A stretch of DNA of 64,000 nt from an uncultured Chloroflexia bacterium (GCA_963770795.1 CAVYQR010000006.1:2329-66328); one strand, 5' to 3'. Numbered from the stretch's first letter, positions 37,841 through 48,876 are shown. The notes: generated by a model from the letters alone, not told the origin. Numbers and translations are program-made.

Positions 37841-38913
37841 GCCACGCCCCCCATGCCCAGGAGGTCCCGATACCCGTGGTTCCGTCGTCGCGCCGCACCG
37901 CCCTTCAACCGCTCGCCGCCCTGGCGACCGTCGCCGCGCTCATGGTCGCCGCATGTGGAGGGGGTTCCTCTTCCCCGTCCGCGTCCGTCATGCCCTCCCC
38001 GGCCGTGGAGCCCGTTCCGCTCACGGTGGGCCTGGGCTACATCCCGAGCGTCCAGTTCGCCCAGTTCTACCTCGCCCAGCAGGCCGGCTACTACGCCGAT
38101 GCGGGCCTGGAGGTCACGCTCGAGAACAAGATCGACCCGGACCTCATCACGCTCCTGGGCCAGGGCGCGGTGGACATCGGCAGCGGCGACGGCACGTCCG
38201 TGATCCCGGCGGTGAGCCAGGGCATCCCGGTGGTGTACACCGCCACGATCTACGGCACGTTCCCGGCCGTGGTGGTGGCGAACGCGGCCTCGGGGATCAG
38301 GACGGCAGCGGACCTCAAGGGGAAGACGATCGGGATCCCGGGCAAGTACGGCACGTCCTGGATCCAGCTCCAGGCTCTGCTCCAGTCCGCGGGCCTGACC
38401 ACCGACGACGTGACGATCCGGGACTTCCCCACCTACGGGCAGACGGCGGCTCTCCAGCAGGGAGCGATCGATGCCGCGACCGGGTTCGCCAACAACGAGC
38501 CGATCGTGCTGAAGCGCGCCGGCATCGAGCCGGTGGTCCTGGGGATCGACGACAGCATCGCGCTGCCGGGGCCGGGCCTCGTGACGGGAACCGCGACGCT
38601 GGCGTCCAAGCGCGACGCCCTCGCCGCCTTCACCGCGGCGACGCTGCGGGCCATGGAGGAGATCGCTGCCGACCCACAGACGGGCCTGGACGCGACGTTC
38701 GCCAGCGTGCCGGACCTGGCCACCGACCCGGAGCTGCAGCGCGAGATCCTGGACGCGACGATCGCCACCTGGAAGAACCCTCGGACCGGTGGGGCGCTCG
38801 GCTCGATCGACCGCGCCGGGTGGCAGCAGTCACTGGACTTCATGAGCGGGCTGGGCCTGGTGCCGAACGCGATCACCGTGGACCAGCTGGTGGACGAGTC
38901 GCTGCTGCCGTAG
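37837..38913 (+). CDS. ribY: NMT1/THI5-like substrate-binding lipoprotein, RibY-like
   Basis: Lipobox VAAC, LGYIPSVQFAQFY, DLKGKTIGIPG, ANNEP; riboswitch context. Confidence 0.8.
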   Translation: MSHAPHAQEVPIPVVPSSRRTALQPLAALATVAALMVAACGGGSSSPSASVMPSPAVEPVPLTVGLGYIPSVQFAQFYLAQQAGYYADAGLEVTLENKIDPDLITLLGQGAVDIGSGDGTSVIPAVSQGIPVVYTATIYGTFPAVVVANAASGIRTAADLKGKTIGIPGKYGTSWIQLQALLQSAGLTTDDVTIRDFPTYGQTAALQQGAIDAATGFANNEPIVLKRAGIEPVVLGIDDSIALPGPGLVTGTATLASKRDALAAFTAATLRAMEEIAADPQTGLDATFASVPDLATDPELQREILDATIATWKNPRTGGALGSIDRAGWQQSLDFMSGLGLVPNAITVDQLVDESLLP

Positions 38914-38942
38914 GGGCGGCGCGGTTCGAGGCCGTCATCGAA

Positions 38943-38974
38943 GAAGCCGGGTCCCCGTCGGAGGACCCGGCTTC
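38943..38974. terminator. Hairpin between convergent genes
   Basis: gaagccgggtcc-N8-ggacccggcttc, 12-bp stem. Confidence 0.7.
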
Positions 38975-39024
38975 GGCTGTGTCGCCCTGGCGTGTCGCCC
39001 GGGCCTCTTGTACTGGCGCTGAGC

Positions 39025-40044
39025 TCAGGCGCCGGCGTCGGTGTAGACGAGCGTTCCCTGGTCGGTCAGCGTGATCGTCAGCTGGTCACCCGCGACGGCG
39101 TAGCTCGCCGCGTTGCTGATCCCGATGATGTACAAGTCGGAGTACGAGCCGTCGGCGCAGGCCATCGTCGTGGTGGGTCCGGGGGCGATCGTGAGGCCGC
39201 CCGACGTCGTGGCCGTGTAGCCGCCGTTGACGGTGTTGCAGTCGGCCTTGGCCGAGAACGTCCCGTCCGTCATGAACTCGATCGTGTAGTTCGCCTGCTG
39301 GTCGGCCGGCACGACGCCCTGGAAAGCCGGAACCTTGAGCGTGATCGCGGTCAGCTGCCAGGCCTTGCCCGTGAGGTCTCCGCCCGGCGTCGGTGTCGCC
39401 GTCGGTGCCGGCGTCGGCTTGGGCGTGGGAGTGGGCGTGGGGGCGACGGTCGGATTGGGCGTTGCCCCATCGGTGGGCGCGGCGGTCGGCTCAGCGGTGG
39501 GCGTGGCCGTCGGTTTGGGGGTCGGCGTGGCCGTCGGTTTGGGGGTCGGGCTGGCCGTCGGGCTTGCCGTCGGGCTTGCGGTCGGCTTGACCGTGGCGGC
39601 CGGCGTTGCGCCTCCCGCGATGCCGACGATGAAGGTCATCGTGCCCTCGTCGTTCAGGGTGATCGTCAGCGTGTCGTCTGCGATCGCGTAGCTCTTCGCG
39701 CGGGTCAGGCCGTGAGCGAACAGGTCGCCGAACGATCCCTCCGGGCACAGGGCGAGCGTCGAGATCCCGGGGTTGATCGTCAGGCTGTCCCGGCGGTTCG
39801 TCTCGTAGGTGCCCGCGATCTGGTTGCAGTCAGCCGTCCCGTGGTACTTCCCATCCTCGTTGAAGGTGATGACGTACTTGCCCTGGTTCTCGGGCGGGAT
39901 GACGCCCTGGAACGCCGGCACCTTCTCGGTGATCGCGGTCAGCTGCCAGTCCCTGCCCGTGAGCTGGTCCGAGCTGCTCGAGCCGCAGGCGGCCAGGATG
40001 GCGGCCGCGGCGGCGGCAAGCGCGATGAGCGTGATCCTTCGCAT
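39025..40044 (-). CDS. Lipoprotein with two META (HslJ-like) domains
   Basis: LAAC lipobox; two repeats LTG..WQLTAI...ADCN...T..C; PT linker. Confidence 0.88.
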   Translation of the reverse strand: MRRITLIALAAAAAAILAACGSSSSDQLTGRDWQLTAITEKVPAFQGVIPPENQGKYVITFNEDGKYHGTADCNQIAGTYETNRRDSLTINPGISTLALCPEGSFGDLFAHGLTRAKSYAIADDTLTITLNDEGTMTFIVGIAGGATPAATVKPTASPTASPTASPTPKPTATPTPKPTATPTAEPTAAPTDGATPNPTVAPTPTPTPKPTPAPTATPTPGGDLTGKAWQLTAITLKVPAFQGVVPADQQANYTIEFMTDGTFSAKADCNTVNGGYTATTSGGLTIAPGPTTTMACADGSYSDLYIIGISNAASYAVAGDQLTITLTDQGTLVYTDAGA

Positions 40045-40206
40045 GAGTGACTCCTGGTGCGGTGTTGTATGTCTGTTGAGTGCCTGAACCGGCGCCGACG
40101 ACACGCGCTCAGCCTGATCCGGCGAGCCGCAGGATACGCGAGGACGCCGGTCCGGGCGATTGTGGCGGCCGCGGCGCGTCCGGCGCCACGGGGTAGAGTT
40201 GCACGG

Positions 40207-40281
40207 GGGCCCGTAGCTCAGCGGTAGAGCAGGGGACTTTTAATCCCTTGGTCCTGGGTTCGAATCCCAGCGGGCTCACCA
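40207..40281 (+). tRNA. tRNA-Lys(TTT)
   Basis: GGGCCCG acceptor, GGGGA-CT TTT AA-TCCCT, GTTCGAAT, CCA. Confidence 0.96.
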
Positions 40282-40304
40282 GCCATTCCGGATCTGGCGT
40301 GGGA

Positions 40305-40333
40305 CGGCCCCTCCGGGCGATCCGGAGGGGCCG
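40305..40333. terminator. Hairpin downstream of tRNA-Lys
   Basis: cggcccctccgg-gcgat-ccggaggggccg. Confidence 0.65.
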
Positions 40334-40389
40334 GCAATCCGCGCTGGCCGAGTGGGCGACCCCTTTCGCGGGCGCCCGCAGCCCAGCGA

Positions 40390-41163
40390 CTACGGGGCCG
40401 GGACGAGCGTGACCTGGTTCTCGCCGCCGGCGGCCTTCAGGGTCAGGATGTTGCCCGTCTGGTCGAACGCCGTCGAGGCCTGGAGAGCCGCCAGGAACTG
40501 CTGCTCCTGCTGGTTCACCGCCTCGTCGGCGCACGCCCGCATCGTGGACGCGAGGGGGCCGATCTTGAGGGTGGTTCCGTCCAGGGTGTACCCGCCGCTG
40601 TACTCGTTGCATCCGGCGGACCCCGAGACCTGGTCAGCCGTGAAGATCGCGGTGAGCGTGCTGTCGGGAACCGGCGAGACGACGGCCTGGTTGCCGTTGT
40701 TGTAGCCGGTGACGTCCCACGCACCCTCGAGCGGGTTCGCGGCGGCGGCGGCGTAGACCAGGATCGACTTGCCGGAGCCGTCGTACATCGTCAGCGCGTC
40801 GCCCGTCGCGGTGAAGGTGGCCGCCTGGGCCAGGTTGGCGAGATAGGCCTGCTCGAGCGCGGTCTTGTCCGGGTCGCAAGCCATCGCCGTGGTCGCAGCG
40901 GGCCCGACCTTGATCGTCGCGTCGGAGATCGTCACCGCGGCGTTGTAGACGTTGCAGCCCGAGAACCCGCTGACCTTGCCGTCGGCGAACTTCGCATCGA
41001 CCCGCGTCCCATCCGGGACTGCGGTGGCGGTTCCCGAGACATCGTAGGTCTTCAGGGCCCAGCTGGTCCCGTCGATCGTGCCGCCGGTCCCACCGGAGGC
41101 CGAACAGGCGGTGACGGTAACGGCGATGGCCGCGATGGCCAGTCCGGCGAAGATCCTGCGCAT
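40390..41163 (-). CDS. Lipoprotein with two META domains
   Basis: VTAC lipobox; SGFSGCN...TAMAC and SGSAGCN...STMRAC. Confidence 0.9.
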   Translation of the reverse strand: MRRIFAGLAIAAIAVTVTACSASGGTGGTIDGTSWALKTYDVSGTATAVPDGTRVDAKFADGKVSGFSGCNVYNAAVTISDATIKVGPAATTAMACDPDKTALEQAYLANLAQAATFTATGDALTMYDGSGKSILVYAAAAANPLEGAWDVTGYNNGNQAVVSPVPDSTLTAIFTADQVSGSAGCNEYSGGYTLDGTTLKIGPLASTMRACADEAVNQQEQQFLAALQASTAFDQTGNILTLKAAGGENQVTLVPAP

Positions 41164-41440
41164 GTGGGTCCCTTCGAAGCATGGGGTAGACAAGCATCTC
41201 GAACGCGGCGACACCACCCCGCATCGCCGCGGTTCAGGCGGCAGGCTAGCACAAGAGTCCACGGCAGGACCAGGGCAGCTCGAGCGCGTCAGCGGCGGCT
41301 CCGACCCGAGCGGGCGGGCAGAGCGAACGCCGGCGACCCCGGAGCGGGGCACCGCACGCTCGACGAAGAACCGGCCCGAGCAGGGACCATCGCGTACGCT
41401 TGGGCCGCAACATCGTCCCAGCCATGGAGGATCCTGCATC

Positions 41441-42947
41441 GTGCCGAACGGAAAGCCGAACATCGTCGTCTTCTGGGGCGACGACATCGGGATCACCAAT
41501 CTGTCGTGCTACAGCGACGGGCTGATGGGCTACCGCACACCGAACATCGATCGTGTCGCCAACGAGGGCATGCGGTTCACGGATTCCTACGGCGAGCAGA
41601 GCTGCACCGCCGGCCGGTCCGCGTTCATCACGGGGCAGAGCGTCTACCGCACCGGCCTGTCCAAGGTGGGCATGCCCGGGTCCGACATCGGCATGCCGGA
41701 CGAGGATCCGACGATCGCAGAGCTGCTCAAGCCTCTCGGCTACGCCACCGGGCAGTACGGCAAGAACCACCTGGGCGACCAGGACAGGCACCTGCCGACC
41801 GTCCACGGGTTCGACGAGTTCTTCGGCAACCTGTACCACCTCAACGCCGAGGAGGAGCCCGAGCACCCGGACTACCCCAAGCCCGCAGACTTCCCGGACT
41901 TCAAGAAGAACTACGGGCCGCGCGGCGTTCTCCGCTGCAAGGCGAACCCGGACGGCACACAGACGATCGAGGACACCGGACCGCTCACGAAGAAGCGGAT
42001 GGAGACCATCGACGACGAGATCATCAGCGGCGCCATCGACTTCATCGAGCGCAAGCATGCCGAGGATGTCCCGTTCTTCCTGTGGGTCAACACCACCCAC
42101 ATGCACTTCCGGACGCACGTGAAGCCGGAGAGCGTGGGCCAGTCCGGGCGGTGGCAGTCCGAGTACCACGACGCGATGATCGACCACGACCGCCAAGTGG
42201 GCCAGGTGCTGGACACGCTCGACGAGCTGGGCATCGCGGACGACACGATCTTCGTGTACTCGACCGACAACGGCCCGCACATGAACAGCTGGCCGGACGG
42301 CGCGATGACCCCGTTCCGGAGCGAGAAGAACACCAACTGGGAGGGCGCGTTCCGCGTCCCGCAGATGATCCGGTGGCCGGGGAAGATCCCGGCGGGCGTG
42401 GTCTCCAACGAGATCATCAGCCACATGGACTGGATGCCCACGTTCGCTCGCCGCCGCGGGCGACCCGGACGTCACGGCCAAGCTCAAGGCCGGGCACGAG
42501 GCGGCCGGCAAGACCTTCAGGGTCCATCTCGACGGGTACGACTTCCTGCCGTATCTGACCGGCGAGACCGACAAGGGCCCGCGGGTCGAGTTCTTCTACT
42601 TCAGCGACGACGGCGACCTGGTCGCCACGCGCTACGACAACTGGAAGCTCGTGTTCGCGGAGCAGCGGGTCCCGGGCACGCTGCAGGTATGGGCGGAGCC
42701 GTTCGTGATGCTCCGTGTCCCGCTCATGTTCAACCTCCGCACCGATCCCTTCGAGCGGGCACACACCACGTCCAACACGTACTACGACTGGCTCCTGGAC
42801 CGCGCCTACCTGGTCATCCCGTCGCAGAAGATCGTGGGTGATTTCCTGGCGACGTTCATGCAGTTCCCGCCACGCATGAAGGCGGCGAGCTTCACGGTGG
42901 ACCAGGTGCTGGACAAGATGGAAGCCGCGATGCAGGGCGGCCGCTGA
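41441..42947 (+). CDS. Arylsulfatase, formylglycine-dependent (frameshift near 42446)
   Basis: KPNIVVFWGDDIG, SCTAGRSAFITG, GKNHLG, STDNG, WEGAFRVP; C-terminus continues in the next frame. Confidence 0.92.
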
Positions 42948-43008
42948 TACCCGTCCCGCATTCGCACCGGCCCGGAGCCAACGCCCCGGGCCGGTCTAGA
43001 CTCCGCGG

Positions 43009-44412
43009 ATGATCGACAGCGTGCTCGCCGCCCCGGAGCGCTTCCACGTCATGGCCAAGCCGACCGGGGCGATCTGCAACCTCGCCTGCTCGTACTGCTT
43101 CTTCCTCGACAAGGAGGCGATGACGCCCGGGTCGTCGTTCCGCATGTCGGACGAGGTCCTCGAAACGTACGTCCGCGGGCTCATCGAGGCCCACCGAACG
43201 GACCGCGTGACGTTCGCGTGGCAGGGCGGTGAGCCGACGCTGATGGGCCTCGACTTCTATCGGCGCGTGGCGGAGCTGCAGGAGCGGTACCGCCGGCCGG
43301 GGATGACCTTCGAGAACACGATCCAGACCAACGGAACGAGGATCGACGGGGCCTGGGCGGCGTTCCTGGCCGAGCAGGAGTTCCTCGTCGGGATCTCGAT
43401 CGACGGGCCGCGCGAGCTCCACGATGGCAACCGGGTCGACAAGGGAGGCAACGCCACCTTCGAGGACGTCATGCGAGGCCTCCGCCTGCTCCAGGCGCAC
43501 AAGGTCCAGTACAACGTCCTGACCACCGTCAACCGGCTCAACGGCGACTACCCGCTCGAGGTGTACCGCTTCCTCCGCGACGAGGTGGGCACGGACTGGA
43601 TGCAGTTCATCCCGGTGGTCGAGCGGCTCGACGCGGCCGGTCGGCCGGACCCGATGCACGGGACCAGGGTCTCATCCCGATCCGTCCGGGCGGAGCAGTT
43701 TGGCCGATTCCTGACCACGATCTTCGACGAGTGGGTCCGGCACGACGTCGGGCGCGTGTTCGTGCAGACATTCGAAGCGGCGATCCGCAACTTCTTCGGG
43801 GCGGCGGGCTCGGGGCTGTGCGTCTTCAACGAGACCTGCGGCGCCGGCCTGGCGCTCGAGCACACCGGCGACCTCTACTCGTGCGACCACTTCGTGGAGC
43901 CGGAGCACCGGCTCGGGAACATCCGCGAGCTCCCGATGCTCGACCTCGTGGGCTCCGAGCAGCAGCGGGCGTTCGGGTCGGCCAAACGGGACACGCTGCC
44001 GCGGATGTGCCGCGAGTGCGACGTCCGTTTCGCGTGCCACGGCGAGTGCCCGAAGAACCGCTTCCTGGCGACGCCGGAGGGAGAGCCGGGGCTCAACTAC
44101 CTGTGCGCCGGGTACCTGTCGTTCTTCCGGCATATCGACCGGCCCGCGCGCGTTATCACGCGGCTGCTCAAGACCGGCCGTGAGGCGACAGAGGTCATGG
44201 CGCTGCTGCCCGCGTACGACGCGGAGCTGGCAGCAGCGGTCGCCGCAGCGGGGCGCAACGACCCGTGCCCCTGCGGCTCCAGGCAGAAGGTGAAGCGGTG
44301 CCACGGCAAGGCGACCGTGCCCGCCAGGCTCCCGATGGCGGCGATCCCGCTGGGGATGCCGCGGCCGCCGGCGGTTCGCCGGTCGCCCCGAGGCGAGGCT
44401 GCAGCCGACTGA
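43009..44412 (+). CDS. Anaerobic sulfatase-maturating radical SAM enzyme (anSME) with SPASM and SEC-C motif
   Basis: CNLACSYC, WQGGEP, YSCDHFV, CRECDVRFACHGECPK, GRNDPCPCGS. Confidence 0.95.
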   Translation: MIDSVLAAPERFHVMAKPTGAICNLACSYCFFLDKEAMTPGSSFRMSDEVLETYVRGLIEAHRTDRVTFAWQGGEPTLMGLDFYRRVAELQERYRRPGMTFENTIQTNGTRIDGAWAAFLAEQEFLVGISIDGPRELHDGNRVDKGGNATFEDVMRGLRLLQAHKVQYNVLTTVNRLNGDYPLEVYRFLRDEVGTDWMQFIPVVERLDAAGRPDPMHGTRVSSRSVRAEQFGRFLTTIFDEWVRHDVGRVFVQTFEAAIRNFFGAAGSGLCVFNETCGAGLALEHTGDLYSCDHFVEPEHRLGNIRELPMLDLVGSEQQRAFGSAKRDTLPRMCRECDVRFACHGECPKNRFLATPEGEPGLNYLCAGYLSFFRHIDRPARVITRLLKTGREATEVMALLPAYDAELAAAVAAAGRNDPCPCGSRQKVKRCHGKATVPARLPMAAIPLGMPRPPAVRRSPRGEAAAD

Positions 44413-44519
44413 GGCAGGTGGCCAACGGATCCTCGGCCGCGGGCCCCCAGCGCCGACCGCTCGACACCCGGCCGCCGGTACATCTGCGATATTGACCGCT
44501 CGCACACGAGGGGCAGCAG

Positions 44520-46208
44520 TTGGGACGCCGCTTTCCGATCCGCCGGGACACGCTGCGCGAGGATTCGGTCGCGGGCCTCGTGCTCGGCGTGCAGAGCGTC
44601 CCCGACGGCCTCGCCACAGGGTTGCTCGCAGGGGTCAACCCGCTCGCGGGCCTCTACGCCTACATGGTCGGCACGTTCACAGGCGCCCTGGTCACCGGCT
44701 CCTCGTTCATGGCCATCCAGGGGACCGGCGCCATGGCGATGATCGTGGCGGACGTCCCCGAGGTCCACACGTCGTTGGACGCCGAGCGAGCGGTGTTCAC
44801 GCTCTCAGTGCTCACCGGCGTGATCATGCTCACGGCCGGACTCCTGAAGCTCGGCTGGATCCTGCGGTTCGTGTCCAATGCCGTGATGGTGGGGTTCATC
44901 AACGCGGTCGGCGTGAACATCATCCTGGGTCAGCTGGCCAACTTCACCGGCTACGACGCCGAGGGCGCGAACCGCCTCGTCCGGGCGCTCAACACGCTGG
45001 TGAACCCAGGCCAGATCGATCCGCAGACCCTCGGAATCGGGATCGCGACTATCGCCCTGATCCTCCTGTTCGAGCGGACGAGGGTCGGCGCCCTGGGCCT
45101 GGTGGTGGCCGTGGTGATCACCTCGGCCGGCGCGCTGCTCCTGGGGTGGCAGGTCGCCACGCTCAACGACCTTGGCGTGGTCGCCAGCTCGCTGCCGCGC
45201 CCGACGCTGCCGCTGATCGGCCTCGTGCCGGTGCTCCTCGTGCCCGCGGCGTCCCTCGCCTTCGTCGGCCTGGTCCAGGGGGCGAGCATCTCCGCGAACT
45301 TCCCCAACCCTGACGGCAGCTACGGGGACGTCTCGCGCGACTTCGTCGGGCAGGGCGCGGCCAACGTGGCCTCCGGGGTGTTCCAGGGGATGCCGGTCGG
45401 GGGGTCGGTCTCGGCCTCGGCGCTCAACAAGGCCGCGGGCGCACGCTCACGGCAGTCGCTCCTGATCGCGGGCCTGGTGATGGCGATCGTGACCGTGGTC
45501 TTTGGGACGGCGGTGGGCAAGGTCGCCATGCCCGCCTTGGCCGGCCTGCTCATGCTCATTGGCTTCCGCACGATCAAGCCCGCCGACCTCCGGTCCGTGT
45601 GGAGGACTGGCAACGTCCAGAAGGTCGTCCTCGTGGTGACGTTCCTGCTGACGATGATCGTCCCGCTCCAGTACGCGGTGCTGGTGGGTGTCGGGGTCTC
45701 GGTAATCCTGTACGTCGTCCGGCAGTCGAACAAGATCACGATCCAGCGGTGGCGGCTCGACCCGGCCGGGCATGTCATCGAGACGGCGCCCCCCGCGACC
45801 CTCGAGGCCAACGATGTGGTGGTCCTCCAGCCTTACGGCAGCCTGTTCTTCGCGGCCGCGCCGGTCTTCGAGACCCTCCTGCCGGCCGTGACCGATGCCT
45901 CGCGCAACAGCGTCGTGATCGTCCGCCTGCGCGGCCGGACCGATCTGGGTACGACGTTCATGGACGTGCTCTACCGCTATGCGCTGAGCCTCACGGCGGT
46001 TCACAGCAAGCTCGTCATCGTGTCCACGAACGAGCGGATCGACGAGCAGCTGACCGTGTCGGGCATCACGGCGGTGATCGGTACCGAGAACGTCTACGCT
46101 GGCGATGCCCGCGTGGGGGCGGCGATCAGGCGCGCCTACGACGACGCGGTGGTCTGGGTCGCGGGCACTCGAGACCAGGCGCCTGCGCCCTCGGCTGAGC
46201 GGTTGTAG
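44520..46208 (+). CDS. SulP-family anion transporter with STAS domain
   Basis: D.VAGL...VPDGLA, GLYA, GFINAVG, GQGAAN, GSLFFAAA. Confidence 0.92.
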   Translation: MGRRFPIRRDTLREDSVAGLVLGVQSVPDGLATGLLAGVNPLAGLYAYMVGTFTGALVTGSSFMAIQGTGAMAMIVADVPEVHTSLDAERAVFTLSVLTGVIMLTAGLLKLGWILRFVSNAVMVGFINAVGVNIILGQLANFTGYDAEGANRLVRALNTLVNPGQIDPQTLGIGIATIALILLFERTRVGALGLVVAVVITSAGALLLGWQVATLNDLGVVASSLPRPTLPLIGLVPVLLVPAASLAFVGLVQGASISANFPNPDGSYGDVSRDFVGQGAANVASGVFQGMPVGGSVSASALNKAAGARSRQSLLIAGLVMAIVTVVFGTAVGKVAMPALAGLLMLIGFRTIKPADLRSVWRTGNVQKVVLVVTFLLTMIVPLQYAVLVGVGVSVILYVVRQSNKITIQRWRLDPAGHVIETAPPATLEANDVVVLQPYGSLFFAAAPVFETLLPAVTDASRNSVVIVRLRGRTDLGTTFMDVLYRYALSLTAVHSKLVIVSTNERIDEQLTVSGITAVIGTENVYAGDARVGAAIRRAYDDAVVWVAGTRDQAPAPSAERL

Positions 46209-46306
46209 CGCGGGTTCGCGGATCGCGCGGGTGCCTCACTCCCTGAGGTGATCTCCCGGGAGTGGGGATGCCTTGTTGCCGCGCGAGCCCGGGCGGGATC
46301 GTGCCG

Positions 46307-47116
46307 TCAGGTGGTCTCGAACGACCGCTTCGAGAGCCCGAAGAAGAACCCCTCGATCGCCGTCTTCGGCGCGTCGTCCGGCTTCGCCGCCGCACCCAGC
46401 GTCACGAACAGCGGCGCGAGGTGCTCCACCGTCGGGTGGGCGAACGGCATGCCCGGGGCCTTCTCGCGGAACGCGAACAACGTGTCCAGGTCCCCGCGGG
46501 CCAGCGCCTCGGCCGCCCACCGGTCGAACTCGATCGACCACTCTGGCGCGCCCGGCCTGCCGGCGAAGTACTCGCCGATGTACGGGAGGCCGTGGGTCAT
46601 GAACCCGGACCCGATGATCAGGACGCCCTCGTCGCGCAGCGGGGCCAGGCGACGGCCGACCTCGAACAGGTGCGCCGGATCGAGGTCCGGCATCGACACC
46701 TGGAGCACGGGTATGTCCGCTTCCGGGTACATCGCCATCAGGGGCACCCATGCCCCGTGGTCCAGCCCTCGGGCCGGTCGATCCAGGACCGGCTCGTTCG
46801 CGGGCATCAGCGCCTTGACCGTCGCCGCCAGCTCGGGCGCCCCCGGCGAACGGTACTCAAGGTCGTAGTAGCGCTGCGGGAACCCGTAGAAGTCGTAGAC
46901 GAGCGGGACGGTGGTGGTGGCGCCGATGGCCATGGGAGCGGTCTGCCAGTGGGCGCTGACGATGAGAATCGCCCTGGGGTGAGGGAGCGAGGCCGACCAG
47001 CCGGCGAGCTGGCCCATCCACAGGGGATCGTCCAGGAGCGGCGGCGCGCCGTGGCCGAGGTAGAGGGCGGGGAGCGGGTCTGCCAGGGGCTGGGAGTCCC
47101 TGTGGGGCGCGGTCAT
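46307..47116 (-). CDS. LigB/DODA-family extradiol dioxygenase
   Basis: LGHGAPP, VSAHW, YDFYGFP, GLDHGAWVPL, HPTVEH. Confidence 0.93.
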   Translation of the reverse strand: MTAPHRDSQPLADPLPALYLGHGAPPLLDDPLWMGQLAGWSASLPHPRAILIVSAHWQTAPMAIGATTTVPLVYDFYGFPQRYYDLEYRSPGAPELAATVKALMPANEPVLDRPARGLDHGAWVPLMAMYPEADIPVLQVSMPDLDPAHLFEVGRRLAPLRDEGVLIIGSGFMTHGLPYIGEYFAGRPGAPEWSIEFDRWAAEALARGDLDTLFAFREKAPGMPFAHPTVEHLAPLFVTLGAAAKPDDAPKTAIEGFFFGLSKRSFETT

Positions 47117-47174
47117 TGCCCAACGGTAGACGAGATTGCTTGACTGCGCAACTACAGGTACGCGGGTCCGGCCG

Positions 47175-48425
47175 TCAGCCCCGACGCAGTCGGCCCAGCA
47201 GCGATCGCGGTGATCTCGCCGCCCGGAGCCGGCGGGCCAGGGACGCCGCCAACGCTTCGTACTCCTCGGGCCGGTTGTAGTGCTGGGCGGAGACGCGCAC
47301 GATCGCGGTCGAAGGCGCTCCGCCGGTCGCGAGCGCCGCCGGGACCGGGAACGTGAAGACCGCCACCTCGATCCGCTCCTCTTCGAACAGTGCCGCCTGG
47401 AGCGCCGCGGCTGCGACCGGCGTGGGCGCGAGGCCTCCCAGCGGCACGGCCGCCATCGACCCCAGCATCGTGTCTGGGGCGGGCGCCGGGAGCTCAAGCG
47501 CCGCGCACAGCCGGTCGCGGGCATCCCTCGCGAGGGCCGCGTTCGCAGCCATCAGCCCGGGCCACCCGTCCGCGTGCAACCCGCCGACGTAGCGAATCGC
47601 CGCCGGGATCGAGAGCCACGGCGTGGGGTCGGTCGTGCCGGTCCAGTCGAAGCTGAGCCGGAACCTCGACCGGTCGGTGCGGTCTGTGCTCGCGCCGTGC
47701 GATGTCACCAGTGGACGCATCGCCGGACGCACGTCCGCGCGCACGTGCAGCATGGCGGCGCCCTTCGGCGCACACAGCCACTTGTGCGCGTTGCCGGTCC
47801 AGTACGCCGCGCCCAGCGCCTCCAGGCCGACCGGCACCATACCGGGCGCGTGGGCCGCATCGACCAGCGTGTCGACGCCCCGCCGGTTCAGCTCCCGTAC
47901 CAGCGCCGCGACCGGAAACACGAGGGCGGTGGGCGACGTGACGTGGCTGACCAGCGCGAACCGGGTCCTCGGTGTCACGGCGTCCAGGTAGGCCTCCAGG
48001 GCCTGGGCCGGGTCCTGGATCGGGAAGGGAATGTGGACGACGACGACGGTTGCTCCGTCCCGTTCAGCCGCAGCCCGGAGTGCGTTGAGCGTGGCGTTGT
48101 ACTCGTGGTCTGAGGCGATGAGCTCGTCACCCGGCTTGAATTGGACCGCTGCGAGGACGGTGGCTATGCCGGTCGTGGCGTTGGAGACGAAAGCGAGGCC
48201 GTCCGGGTCCGCCTGCAGGAACTCGGCTACATCCGTCCTGGCCTGGTCCAGGTGCCCCTCGAGCTCCCGGTCCAGGAACCGGACGGGTTCCTGCTCCAGC
48301 CGGTCCCGCCACGCGCGCTGGGCCTCCAGGACGGGCTCCGGGCACGCCCCGAACGAGCCGTGGTTGAGGAACGAGACGTCCGGCGCCAGAAGCCAGGGCG
48401 ATCGGTCGAAGGTGCGATGGGTCAC
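47175..48425 (-). CDS. Aminotransferase class V (isopenicillin N epimerase / C-S lyase-like)
   Basis: LNHGSFGACP, HVTSPTA, VDAAHAPG, NAHKWLCAPKG, GTTDPT. Confidence 0.92.
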   Translation of the reverse strand: MTHRTFDRSPWLLAPDVSFLNHGSFGACPEPVLEAQRAWRDRLEQEPVRFLDRELEGHLDQARTDVAEFLQADPDGLAFVSNATTGIATVLAAVQFKPGDELIASDHEYNATLNALRAAAERDGATVVVVHIPFPIQDPAQALEAYLDAVTPRTRFALVSHVTSPTALVFPVAALVRELNRRGVDTLVDAAHAPGMVPVGLEALGAAYWTGNAHKWLCAPKGAAMLHVRADVRPAMRPLVTSHGASTDRTDRSRFRLSFDWTGTTDPTPWLSIPAAIRYVGGLHADGWPGLMAANAALARDARDRLCAALELPAPAPDTMLGSMAAVPLGGLAPTPVAAAALQAALFEEERIEVAVFTFPVPAALATGGAPSTAIVRVSAQHYNRPEEYEALAASLARRLRAARSPRSLLGRLRRG

Positions 48426-48474
48426 AGCGCGACGATAGCCCACCGCGCGGTCCGCCGGAGCCCCGCCAAAGGCC

Positions 48475-48876
48475 CTATCGGGGGTCGGACTCCTCGCCGG
48501 CTCCTGCAGATGCCCCCTCGCCCGCATCGTCCCCCGCCGGCGGGGCCCCGTGCGGCTTCCCGTGCGGCTCCGGCAGGCTCGGCGCCGGGCTGGGCGTCAC
48601 GTCGATGATCACACCCCGATCCGGTCGCCGACCGCGCAGGGCCCGTGCCAGGCGCTCCGGCCCGGCAACGAACGGCGCCACGTACAGCAGGATCAGGATC
48701 GGCAGCAGGAGCCGGAACGGGCCCGGGAACCGCACGCCGACGAAGATGCCGAGCGCATAGATGATCCAGGCCGTGGTCAGCGAGCGGCTTGGCCAACCCG
48801 CGCGGTAGAGGCGCCAGACCGGCAGCAGCGCCAGCAGGCCGGCGACGAGGAAGGTGAGCAGCAGGGCAGGTTGCAT
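48475..48876 (-). CDS. Small hypothetical membrane protein
   Basis: MQPALLL... with three hydrophobic helices; TATGAT -10-like box upstream. Confidence 0.7.
   Translation of the reverse strand: MQPALLLTFLVAGLLALLPVWRLYRAGWPSRSLTTAWIIYALGIFVGVRFPGPFRLLLPILILLYVAPFVAGPERLARALRGRRPDRGVIIDVTPSPAPSLPEPHGKPHGAPPAGDDAGEGASAGAGEESDPR

Noticed and set aside
47135-47155. Weak palindrome upstream of the dioxygenase as a possible MarR-type operator
   Set aside because: Too degenerate, and no cognate regulator is adjacent
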